Below are positions 1 through 12,966 of a stretch of 32,000 nt of DNA, piece after piece. The DNA comes from Deinococcus radiodurans R1 = ATCC 13939 = DSM 20539. Its GTDB lineage: Bacteria; Deinococcota; Deinococci; Deinococcales; Deinococcaceae. The position numbers and the translations under genes were made by a program. The notes beneath the pieces were generated by a model. That model had not been told where the DNA came from. It saw nothing but the letters and a program-made list of their open reading frames with translations, and did no database searches. Within the stretch, counting starts at the first letter, position 1. Every line of letters begins with the position of its first letter. Location of the stretch: assembly GCF_000008565.1 (NCBI RefSeq), contig NC_001263.1:2128660-2160659 (forward strand). The letters run 5' to 3'.

Positions 1-125
1 AACAGCGACACATTGCTCGTTTGCGCTACCGCCACGCCCAGCGAAATAGGCGCGGCCTTCTGAGCGGAAGCGGCAGAAGCCAGACCCAGCGCGGCCCCCA
101 GCAGCAATTTCGTCGCGTTTTTCAT
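1..125 (-). CDS. N-terminal end of a secreted solute-binding protein (probably ABC-type); the gene continues beyond the window
   Basis: The reverse strand from ATG (comp. 123-125) reads MKNATKLLLGAALGLASAASAQKAAPISLGVAVAQTSNVSL, a typical signal peptide. A GGAGGG Shine-Dalgarno lies about 5 nt upstream (comp. ~130-135). Confidence 0.5.
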   Translation of the reverse strand, partial: MKNATKLLLGAALGLASAASAQKAAPISLGVAVAQTSNVSL

Positions 126-238
126 ATGACCCTCCTGGCCTCGAAAGATGAGGCCCACTTCAAAGCAAACTAAAAGGTGTGCTCACTATGAAAAGCAGAG
201 CACCTGAAGTCAAGCCGCTGCGCCGACCGTTCTAAACG

Positions 239-267
239 TTGTCTGGAATGGTCGTGTCCCGTATAAT
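239..267 (+). promoter_or_regulatory. Sigma-70-type promoter upstream of infA
   Basis: TTGTCT (239-244), a 17-nt spacer, then a perfect TATAAT (262-267). This implies a ~130-nt leader before the infA ATG at 407. Confidence 0.6.
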
Positions 268-395
268 GAGACACTGACCCGTGAAACAGCACAGGCACGC
301 GCATCTCCCCGCAAAATGTGCTGGTCAAGGTTGCCGGAACAGCCGATGGGTGGTACTTTTATGTTTGGCTTGTATCAGGCCTGGAGGTTGCGTGG

Positions 396-649
<254 letters not shown>

Positions 650-766
650 GCGCGGACCGACAGGTTCTGAGGACACCAAACAGATTCCCGGTCCGGGCCT
701 TGCCCGTCGGGGGTCGAGTGCAGCCGCCGCATTCCTTTTGGGAACAGGGCTGCACGAGGAGGAAGC

Positions 767-880
767 ATGAAAGTTCGTAGCAGTGTCAAGAAAATGTGCG
801 ACAACTGCAAAGTGGTCCGCCGCCATGGTCGCGTGCTGGTCATTTGCTCCAACGTCAAGCACAAGCAGAGGCAGGGTTAA
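767..880 (+). CDS. rpmJ: 50S ribosomal protein L36
   Basis: Not in the ORF track because it is only 37 aa. Translation is [37 protein letters not shown], with GAGGAGG just upstream and TAA at 878-880. Confidence 0.9.
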   Translation: MKVRSSVKKMCDNCKVVRRHGRVLVICSNVKHKQRQG

Positions 881-882
881 GC

Positions 883-1263
883 ATGGCGCGTATTGCTGGC
901 ATTGACCTTCCCCGCGAAAAGCGCGTCGAGATCGCGCTGACTTACATTTACGGCATCGGCCTGACCCGCTCCAAGGAAATCCTGGCGCGTACGGGCGTGA
1001 GCCCCGACACCCGCGTCAAGAACCTGTCGGAAGCCGAGCAGTCTACCCTGCGCGAGGCCATCGAAAAGACCTACAAGGTCGAAGGCGACCTGCGCAACGA
1101 AGTCGGTCAGAACATCAAGCGTTTGATGGACATCGGCGCTTACCGTGGTCTGCGTCACCGCCGCGGCCTGCCCGTGCGCGGTCAGCGCACCAAGACCAAC
1201 GCCCGCACCCGCAAAGGTCCGAAAAAGACCGTTGCCGGGAAGAAAAAGGCCACGAGGAAGTAA
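883..1263 (+). CDS. rpsM: 30S ribosomal protein S13
   Basis: [34 protein letters not shown]... is the canonical S13 N-terminus. The start is 3 nt after the rpmJ stop. Confidence 0.95.
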   Translation: MARIAGIDLPREKRVEIALTYIYGIGLTRSKEILARTGVSPDTRVKNLSEAEQSTLREAIEKTYKVEGDLRNEVGQNIKRLMDIGAYRGLRHRRGLPVRGQRTKTNARTRKGPKKTVAGKKKATRK

Positions 1264-1266
1264 GCC

Positions 1267-1662
1267 ATGGCGAAACCCACCAAAGGCAAGGCTCCGCGCC
1301 GCTCCCGGCGCAACATCAGCGCTGGTCGCGCCTACGTGCACGCCAGCTACAACAACACTATCGTCACCATCACCGACCTCGACGGCAACTCGGTGGCGTG
1401 GTCTTCGGGCGGCACCATCGGCTACAAGGGCAGCAAGAAGGGCACCCCCTACGCTGCTCAGCTCGCCGCCGCCGACGCCGTGAAGAAGGCCCAGACCTCC
1501 TTCGGCATGGCCGCCGTGGACGTGATCGTGCGTGGGAGCGGCTCGGGCCGTGAACAGGCGATCCGCGCCATCCAGGCTTCGGGCATCGAAGTCCGCAGCA
1601 TCATGGACGACAGCCCCGTGCCTCACAACGGCTGCCGCCCCAAGAAGAAGTTCCGCGCCTAA
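1267..1662 (+). CDS. rpsK: 30S ribosomal protein S11
   Basis: 131 aa. Contains ...AYVHASYNNTIVTITDLDGNSVAWSSGG...GSKKGTPYAAQLAA..., typical of S11. Confidence 0.95.
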   Translation: MAKPTKGKAPRRSRRNISAGRAYVHASYNNTIVTITDLDGNSVAWSSGGTIGYKGSKKGTPYAAQLAAADAVKKAQTSFGMAAVDVIVRGSGSGREQAIRAIQASGIEVRSIMDDSPVPHNGCRPKKKFRA

Positions 1663-1685
1663 CGCGCACGCGCGCGCCCACCTGC

Positions 1686-1739
1686 CCCGTTTCCGTTGCT
1701 GCTTAGCAGCGTAAGCCCCACCACAGGCGAGGAAACGGG
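1686..1739 (+). promoter_or_regulatory. Structured leader element in the 147-nt rpsK-rpsD spacer
   Basis: A 9-bp stem CCCGTTTCC (1686-1694) / GGAAACGGG (1731-1739) encloses a GCTGC-tta-GCAGC hairpin (1698-1710). No T-tract follows, so it does not look like a terminator. It could be an S4 autoregulatory target. Confidence 0.3.
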
Positions 1740-1809
1740 CACCAGAGGGCCGCAAGACCCAGTGCTGCTGACCCCGTAAGGGCAGCGCACTGTGACAAGG
1801 AGTTATGAC

Positions 1810-2427
1810 ATGGGTCGTTTCCGTGGTTCCATCACCAAGCAAAGCCGCCGCGAAGGGATTAACCTCGCGGAGACTGAAAAGGTTCAGAAGTACCTGGACC
1901 GCCGCCCCTACGGCCCCGGCCAGCACGGTCAGCGCCGCAAGGGCCGCCCCAGCGACTACAGCGTGCGTCTGCGCGAAAAGCAGAAGCTCGCCCGTCTGTA
2001 CGGCATGAACGAAAAGCAGTTCCGTAACCTCTTCGAGGAAGCGTCGAACGTGCCCGGCGTGACCGGCACCGTGTTCCTGCAACTGCTGGAGCGCCGCCTG
2101 GACAACGTCGTGTTCCGCATGGGCTTTGCCAGCACCCGCCGCCAGGCCCGTCAGTTCGTGGGCCACGGCCACATCCTGGTCAACGGCAAGAAAGTGGACA
2201 TCGCCAGCTACCGCGTGAAAATCGGCGACGAGATCAGCGTGGCTGAAGGCAGCCGCAGCATGGGCTTCATCCAGGAAAACATGGACGCCCAAAAGCGCCG
2301 CCGCGTGAGCCCCTGGATCGAAATGGATCAGGACAACTTCAAGGGCACCTTCTCGCGCCTCCCCGCACGTGAAGACCTCGCCCTGCCGATCAACGAAAAC
2401 TTCATCATCGAGTACTACTCGCGCTAA
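1810..2427 (+). CDS. rpsD: 30S ribosomal protein S4
   Basis: [19 protein letters not shown]...[10 protein letters not shown]... I placed the start at ATG 1810, which is preceded by AAGGAG (1797-1802). The GTG at 1792 in the ORF track is unlikely. Confidence 0.95.
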
Positions 2428-2441
2428 ATCAGGAGGTTCCA

Positions 2442-3467
<1,026 letters not shown>

Positions 3468-3552
3468 GCCTTCACGATTGACGCTCCACGCGAGCTGACC
3501 TTCCCCCACTTTCACCGGCCCCCGCAGGGCCGCCGAACCAAGGAGAACCACC

Positions 3553-3903
<351 letters not shown>

Positions 3904-3920
3904 GCTTCAGACCCAGTGCT

Positions 3921-3948
3921 CTCCCCTGCTGCGGCGGGGGAGTTTTTT
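3921..3948 (+). terminator. Rho-independent terminator of the alpha operon
   Basis: CTCCCCTGC / GCGGGGGAG stem with a 4-nt loop, followed by TTTTTT (3943-3948). Confidence 0.8.
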
Positions 3949-3959
3949 ATGATGTAAAA

Positions 3960-3994
3960 GGGGCGCCTTTTCTTTTAGCGAAGAAAGGCGCCCC
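3960..3994 (-). terminator. Hairpin terminator for the convergent U32 gene
   Basis: Perfect 11-bp inverted repeat GGGGCGCCTTT (3960-3970) / AAAGGCGCCCC (3984-3994). It has A/T runs on both sides and lies 6 nt beyond the U32 stop. Confidence 0.65.
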
Positions 3995-4000
3995 TGTGCT

Positions 4001-6601
<2,601 letters not shown>

Positions 6602-6609
6602 AACGGGTC

Positions 6610-6615
6610 AGTGTA
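6610..6615 (-). promoter_or_regulatory. -10 box (TACACT) 8 nt upstream of the U32 ATG; leaderless-type promoter
   Basis: The reverse strand reads ccgcgtTACACTgacccgttATG. There is no Shine-Dalgarno. Confidence 0.4.
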
Positions 6616-6719
6616 ACGCGGAGAAGGGAAAAGCGGTGTGGTCCACCTCCCCCTTGAGCCTCAATCTTTTCTCCGCTGTCCCTCGTAAGGCCGGTACTTC
6701 AGGTTGCCTGCCACCTCTC

Positions 6720-6854
6720 ATACGGTTTCAAATTGAGTCCCGAACATGTTCGGGCGCAATTTTGCGCGGAGCGCATGGAAAAAATACGGTTTTAAGGAGA
6801 TGGATGGGCATCCGGCGCCTTTCCGGATGTTCGGGAATCGGATTAAAGCCGTAT
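6720..6854 (+). repeat. MITE-like small non-coding repeat, family A, copy 1 (131-bp core flanked by AT)
   Basis: About 96% identical to 13142-13276, with 5 differences. Imperfect terminal inverted repeats ACGGTTTCAAAT.../...GATTAAAGCCGT. Internal hairpins are CCCGAACATGTTCGGG, GCGCAA..TTGCGC and CATCCGG-cgccttt-CCGGATG. Confidence 0.9.
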
Positions 6855-6989
6855 AACGCGAGGGCTTCAAAGGCGGCCTGCCTGAGTCGGGCATTGTGTT
6901 CCAGTCGGGCCTGAGCAGGGTTCATGCGTCAGTTTAAGGAGCGAGAACAACATCGGGGCCAGACGGCTGACCTCATTCCCATTCCATTC

Positions 6990-7019
6990 AAAAAAGCCGC
7001 CAGCCTGAAGCCAGCGGCC
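6990..7019 (-). terminator. Probable terminator of the usp gene
   Basis: On the reverse strand a GC-rich imperfect hairpin (GCCGC...GCGGC) is followed by TTTTTT (comp. 6990-6995). It lies 15 nt after the stop. Confidence 0.45.
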
Positions 7020-7034
7020 CCCCACACGCGATCC

Positions 7035-7487
7035 TTATTCCCGCCAGTTCGTGACCGGCTGCTCGCCGCGAATCAGGACCACCGGCACGTGGGCGTGGTG
7101 CAGCACCGCCTCGGCCACGCTGCCGAGCAGGGCGCGGCCCAACCCGGCGCGGCCATGGGTGGTCATCACGATCATGCTGACGCCTTCTTCCTTCGCCACG
7201 TCGATGATGGTGCGCGACACGGGCCGGCCGGCGGCACGTTCGACGCGGGAGCGCGCGCCCTGCACCTTTTGCCGCAGCAGCGCCAGCGCCTGGTCCTGCT
7301 GCAGGATGAAGTCTTCGGGATTGGCGGGCGCGACGTAGCCGAATTCGCCGGTCACGGCGGGACTGGGATCAGCCTGCACGCTCAGGGCGACCAGTTCGGC
7401 CCCCAGCGCCTCCGCCAGCGCGCGAGCGTGCTCGGTGGCCTGCCAGCCGAGGTCGCTTTGATCCGTCGTGACCAGAATTTTCTTCAT
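7035..7487 (-). CDS. Universal stress protein (UspA family)
   Basis: 150 aa: MKKILVTTDQSDLG...VMTTHGRAGLGRALLGSVAEAVLHHAHVPVVLIR, which includes the typical USP ATP-binding motif. Confidence 0.9.
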   Translation of the reverse strand: MKKILVTTDQSDLGWQATEHARALAEALGAELVALSVQADPSPAVTGEFGYVAPANPEDFILQQDQALALLRQKVQGARSRVERAAGRPVSRTIIDVAKEEGVSMIVMTTHGRAGLGRALLGSVAEAVLHHAHVPVVLIRGEQPVTNWRE

Positions 7488-7549
7488 ACCTGAGGATAAA
7501 TCCTGCGTCTCAGACTTATGTCATGGGGTGCATGGGGTAGGCAGTCGGC

Positions 7550-9513
7550 TCAGGGGCCGCGCGCATACAGGTCCACGCGGGTGCTGGGCCGCACGTCCTC
7601 CCGCGCCGCGATGCTGATGACCGCCGTGCTGCCGCCCTTGTCACGCAGGCCGGTGAGCAGCGTCAGCAGGTCGCCCACGTCGAGCCCCGGATTGGCGATG
7701 TACTCGCCCGGCACGCCGCGCAGCGTCAGTTCGAGGACGGTGTCCTGCATCAGTTCGGTGATCTGACTCTGGAGCACACTCTGATTCTGAAGGTTGATGG
7801 TCGCCTGACGAATCGGCTGCCCGGCGCGGTAGAGCAGCGTGTTGGCGCGGGCGTCGCAGGTGAGCTCGACCGGCAGGCCCGCCACACTGTTTTGCGCGGC
7901 GCGGCAGATGACGAACGCGCTGGTGTTCAGGCCACGCAATTTGGTTTCCAGCGAGGCGCGTGCCGAGGGCCCCAGCCGCGCCGCCGGGCTGTCGGCTCCG
8001 GGCCGGGCCCCACGCGCGGCGGCGGTGCCCCCGGCGACCTTGAGGAAGGTGTCGAGGCTGCGGACCGAGGGCACCACCCCGGCGTAGACCAGTTCGTTTT
8101 TCGGGTAGGTGAGTTCGGCGGTGCGGCTGAGGCTGAGTTCGCTGCGGGCGCTGGAATAGTCGGCCTGGAGGCGCGAGAGGCTCTGGCGCGTCTGGGCGAG
8201 GTCCTGGGCGAGCGCCGCGTTGCTGCCCTGCAACTGCCGCTGCTGGGTCCGCAGCGTGGCGAGGTCCTGCCGCACCCGGTCGCGGTCCTGCACCGCTTTG
8301 TCGCGCGCCTGCACCGCCTGGGTGCGCTCAGCCTGCAACCGGTCGCGCTCGGCCACCAGCCGGTCACGGGCGTCGAGGGCCTCCTGCCGCTCGGCGACGG
8401 CCTGGTCGCGGGCCGCCGCCGCCGCGTCACGTGACTGGATGGCCGCGTCACGGGCCGCTGTCGCCTGCCGCGCCTGGGCTTCGAGCGCCTGCACCTGAAC
8501 GCGCAGGGCCGCCGCGCGCTGCTGGGCCTGTGCGCCTGGGCCTGCGCCTGCTGCTGGGCCTGCGCAACCTGCTGGGCGGCACCCGTCCGCACCTGCCCGA
8601 GCTGGGTCTGGGCGGCCTGCTGCGCCTGACGGACACTCGCCTGCGCGGCGGCCTGGGCCTGGGCCTGCACCTGTTCAGCCCGTGCCTGGGCCTGTTCGGC
8701 GCGGCGCTGGGCTTGCCGGGCCTGCTCGCGGACCTGTTCGGCGCGCGCACTCGCCTGCTGCGCCTTTTGCGAAGCCTGCGCGGCGCGGGTCTGCGCGGCT
8801 TGGGCTGTCGCCTGGGCCGCCGCCGCCCGCCGCTGCAACTCCTCGGTGCGGGCCTGGGCGGCGTTGGCGCGGGTCTGGGCGTTCTGGGCTTCCTGCTCGG
8901 CCTGCGCGCTGCGGAGCTTGAGATCAAGCACCTGCGAGTCGAGCTGGGTGGCGCGGTCCTCACTGGCCTGAAGCTGCTTTTGCGAAGCCTGGAGTTTCTC
9001 GCGGCTGGCCTGTGCCTGGGCTTCGAGCTGACGGCGCTGCTCGGCCAGGGTCTTGAGGCGCGTTTGCAGGTCCTGCGCCTGTTTCGTCAGCCGGGCCTGT
9101 TCCTGCTGGGCCGAGGCGAGGTTCTGGCGGGCAGCCGCGAGTTCCTGCCGAGCGGCCTCGCGCTCCTGCCCCGCCTTCTGCGCTTCGCTGCGGGCGGCTT
9201 CACGCTCGGTCCGGGCGGCGCGCAGTTCGCCCTGCACGGTGCCGACTTCGGTACGCAGCGCCTCGATCTGAGGCCGCAACTGGTCGGCCTGGGCAATGGT
9301 GGACACGGCGTTGCGGTTGAGCAGCAAAAACGCTGCCAGGCTCGCCGCGCTGATCGCCATGCCCGAGAGCACCGCCACGATGGTCGCCGTCTGCTTGGGC
9401 CGCAGCCCGAACCAGCGCAGGTGCTTGCGGCCCGCTTTCTTGGCGATGGTGTCGGCGGCGTAGGCCACCACGCCCGAAAGCACCACCACGAAGGGCAAAA
9501 ACAGCCACAGCAC
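7550..9513 (-). pseudogene. DUF3084-like membrane-anchored coiled-coil protein, interrupted by a frameshift near 8529-8532
   Basis: The N-terminal frame (from GTG 9513) gives a transmembrane anchor plus a long Q/A/R-rich coiled coil. It turns into Arg/Pro-rich nonsense after ...[11 protein letters not shown]. The sensible sequence continues in another frame (...[23 protein letters not shown]...) down to the globular C-terminal domain ending at 7550. Confidence 0.75.
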
Positions 9514-9532
9514 GCCTCAGTCGCCTCCCCGC

Positions 9533-10309
9533 TCAGAGCTCGAAGTCGTCGCCGAGGTAATGACGCCGGGCGTCCTCGTCCTGCGCGAACTGCTCGGGGG
9601 TGCCGTCGAACCGGATCTGCCCGTCGTACATCAGGTACACACGGTCGGTCAGCGCAATCGTTTCGCGCACGTTGTGGTCGGTGATGAACACGCCGATGCC
9701 CCGGCGGTCCCGCAGCTCGCGAATCAGGCGCTGAATCTCACGGATGCTCTTGGGGTCCACGCCGGTAAACGGCTCGTCGAGCAGCAGGTAGTCGGGGTCG
9801 GTGGTCAGGGCGCGCGCGAGTTCCAGCCGCCGCCGCTCGCCGCCCGAAAGCTGGTAGGCGTAGGAGTTCGCCAGATGTGTCAGCCCGAATTCGGCCAGCA
9901 GCGCGTCGGCGCGGGCTTCCTGCTCGGCGCGGGTCAGCTTCTGATATTCCAGAATCGCCAGCAGGTTGTCGCGCGCGGTCAGCTTGCGAAAGGCGCTCGG
10001 CTCCTGCGGCAGATACCCCAGCCCCAGCCGCGCCCGCTCGTGCATGGGCAGCCGGGTCAGGTCGCGGCTCCCGAGGGCGATACGGCCCCCGCCAGGGCGG
10101 ATAAAGCCGACCACCATGTAAAAGGTCGTGGTCTTGCCCGCCCCGTTCGGCCCGAACAGCGCCACGATTTCGCCGGGCGACACCCGGAAATCCACGCCGC
10201 GCACGACCTGCCGCTTGCCGTAAGTCTTGCTCAGGCCCGTCGCCGTCAGTTCCGGGCGGGCGGGCGTGGGCGCAGGGGCAGCGGCGGGCTGGGCGGCAAG
10301 GGCAGTCAC
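9533..10309 (-). CDS. lptB: LptB/YhbG-type ABC transporter ATP-binding protein
   Basis: 258 aa: [32 protein letters not shown]...[22 protein letters not shown]...[15 protein letters not shown]...[15 protein letters not shown] start. The stop is 19 nt before the next gene. Confidence 0.8.
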   Translation of the reverse strand: MTALAAQPAAAPAPTPARPELTATGLSKTYGKRQVVRGVDFRVSPGEIVALFGPNGAGKTTTFYMVVGFIRPGGGRIALGSRDLTRLPMHERARLGLGYLPQEPSAFRKLTARDNLLAILEYQKLTRAEQEARADALLAEFGLTHLANSYAYQLSGGERRRLELARALTTDPDYLLLDEPFTGVDPKSIREIQRLIRELRDRRGIGVFITDHNVRETIALTDRVYLMYDGQIRFDGTPEQFAQDEDARRHYLGDDFEL

Positions 10310-10316
10310 GGTTTTC

Positions 10317-10322
10317 AGCGTA
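10317..10322 (-). promoter_or_regulatory. -10 box (TACGCT) 7 nt upstream of the lptB-like GTG; leaderless-type
   Basis: The reverse strand reads gtgcTACGCTgaaaaccGTG. There is no Shine-Dalgarno. Confidence 0.4.
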
Positions 10323-10375
10323 GCACGGGCTTTTTAGCGGCCTGTGAGTGGGGTTACCGGGTGCCCGGCGCGCAT

Positions 10376-10381
10376 TACACT
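10376..10381 (+). promoter_or_regulatory. -10 box (TACACT) 6 nt upstream of the deoB ATG; leaderless-type
   Basis: gcgcatTACACTctccccATG. There is no Shine-Dalgarno. Confidence 0.45.
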
Positions 10382-10387
10382 CTCCCC

Positions 10388-11554
<1,167 letters not shown>

Positions 11555-11578
11555 CAGAGCCGCTATGAAGGGACCGCT

Positions 11579-12199
11579 ATGACTCTGCCCGCCGCCGAAC
11601 AGTTTGCGTTCACCCTGACGCTGGGCGGACGCTACGCCGGGCAGCAGGAATGGGCGCTGCACAGCGAGCGCGGCACCGTGACCGCCCGCGTGCAGACCGA
11701 GTTCGGCGGCGTGCTGCCCGAAGTGCGCCGCGTGCAGACCAGCCGGATGCACGCCCGGACGCTGAGCAGCCTGCACTACGCCGAGGGCGACGGCGGGGGC
11801 CGGGCGAGCTTTGAAACCGGTTTCGACCGCAAGACTGGCGTGGTCACCCTGCGCCAGGGCCGCGAGGAGGCTGAGGTACCGCTCACGGTGGATTACTACG
11901 ACCCGGTGAGCCTGCTGCTGTGGCTGCGGACGCTGGACGGCCAGGAGCGTGCCGAGGCCCAACTGACGGGCGGCAAAGCGCTGATTCAACGCCTCGCGGA
12001 TATGGAGGTGGACGGACAACTCGCTTACGTCTATTTTTTGCGGCCCGGCGGGGCTTACGTGTACGTGGAGCAGGCCGCCCCGCACCGGCTGCTGCGCCTG
12101 ATTCAGCCCACCGACTTCGGCCCCATCGAGGCCAACTTGGGCGGCTCGGCTCCGGGCCGACGGCAGGGTGGTCCGAAGGGTCGGCGGCGAGTCGGATGA
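11579..12199 (+). CDS. Hypothetical protein (possibly DUF3108-like)
   Basis: 206 aa with strong GC3 coding bias. The YDPVSLLLWLRTL motif resembles DUF3108. Its stop overlaps the next start (ATGA). Confidence 0.6.
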   Translation: MTLPAAEQFAFTLTLGGRYAGQQEWALHSERGTVTARVQTEFGGVLPEVRRVQTSRMHARTLSSLHYAEGDGGGRASFETGFDRKTGVVTLRQGREEAEVPLTVDYYDPVSLLLWLRTLDGQERAEAQLTGGKALIQRLADMEVDGQLAYVYFLRPGGAYVYVEQAAPHRLLRLIQPTDFGPIEANLGGSAPGRRQGGPKGRRRVG

Positions 12200-12966
12200 A
12201 CCGGCAGCTGTTTGCCGCGCTGCTGAGTGTCTGCTCGCTGGCGACGGCAGCACCGGCCACCCTGCGCGACCCCCGCGTGGACGTGCCGCGCCAGATGTTT
12301 ACCTCAGCGCAGCAGCGCATCCTGGACGCGCTGGCAACCCGGATTCAGGCCCGCCCGGCGGCGGTTCCGGCCTTGCAATGGCGGGGCGGCGGGCTGGACG
12401 GTGGCGCGGCGTGGCTGTCGTTCAGTGCGCCTTTTCGCACCCGGACCCCCGAACGGCTGGACGTATTTTCGGTGGGGCAGACGGAAGGTCTCCACTTCCT
12501 GCTGGTTCTGACCCGGCCCGGCGAGCGCGAGCAGGTGTGGCTGCTGGAGCCGACCGACATGGGCAACTGGGCCAATTACTACGCCCCCAAAACGATTTAC
12601 ACGGCCCGTGACCTCAATCTGGACGGGCGGCGCGAACTGGTCATCGAGTACGCGGGGGGCATCGGTGACGGCGGGGGTAGACAGTCCAGCACGTCCCTGC
12701 TGCTGCTGGATTTCAATGCCCAGGGGCCGAAAATTTGGGGCAGTCTTCCCGTGAACGACGCCGCATTCGGCCCCGACGGTGAAGTGTTCCGGCAGGCGGC
12801 CTACGTGGTGCAGGTCGAGAAGGGCAAAACGCCCCGCTTTCAGGGCCTCTTTCTCAAGACGCTGAGCAAGCCCTTTGCCGAGCGTGAGCAATACGCCGCG
12901 ACAGGGAAAGTCGTCCCGCTCAAGCTGGACCCCACCCCCCCCTTCAAGTTGACGCGGCTGTGGTAA
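12196..12966 (+). CDS. Secreted hypothetical protein
   Basis: MNRQLFAALLSVCSLATAAPA is a signal peptide. A DLNLDGRRELV (FG-GAP/VCBS-like) motif is present. The start overlaps the upstream stop. Confidence 0.65.
   Translation: MNRQLFAALLSVCSLATAAPATLRDPRVDVPRQMFTSAQQRILDALATRIQARPAAVPALQWRGGGLDGGAAWLSFSAPFRTRTPERLDVFSVGQTEGLHFLLVLTRPGEREQVWLLEPTDMGNWANYYAPKTIYTARDLNLDGRRELVIEYAGGIGDGGGRQSSTSLLLLDFNAQGPKIWGSLPVNDAAFGPDGEVFRQAAYVVQVEKGKTPRFQGLFLKTLSKPFAEREQYAATGKVVPLKLDPTPPFKLTRLW

Noticed and set aside
877-2292. A 471-aa ORF on the reverse strand across rpsM, rpsK and rpsD
   Set aside because: It is antisense to unmistakable ribosomal protein genes. The sequence is Ala/Gly/His/Val-rich low complexity, as expected from stop-codon depletion in very GC-rich DNA.
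6728-6925. A 65-aa reverse-strand ORF overlapping repeat copy 1
   Set aside because: Two thirds of it is repeat-encoded. If the repeat is removed, the upstream part ends after 24 codons (..EALAL-stop). So, unlike copy 2, there is no evidence that a gene was disrupted here.
8431-9684. A 417-aa plus-strand ORF and several Arg/Pro-rich ORFs (8448-8963, 9087-9296 and others) in the coiled-coil region
   Set aside because: They are alternative-frame readings of (GCN/CAG)n-like low-complexity DNA. The real gene is the reverse-strand DUF3084-like coiled coil.
11561-11583. Direct repeat CCGCTATGA-aggga-CCGCTATGA between deoB and the next gene, as a possible regulatory site
   Set aside because: It is only 9 nt long. 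The first ATG opens a 5-codon frame. It is most simply explained as a chance or local duplication around the start codon, and I have no supporting evidence.
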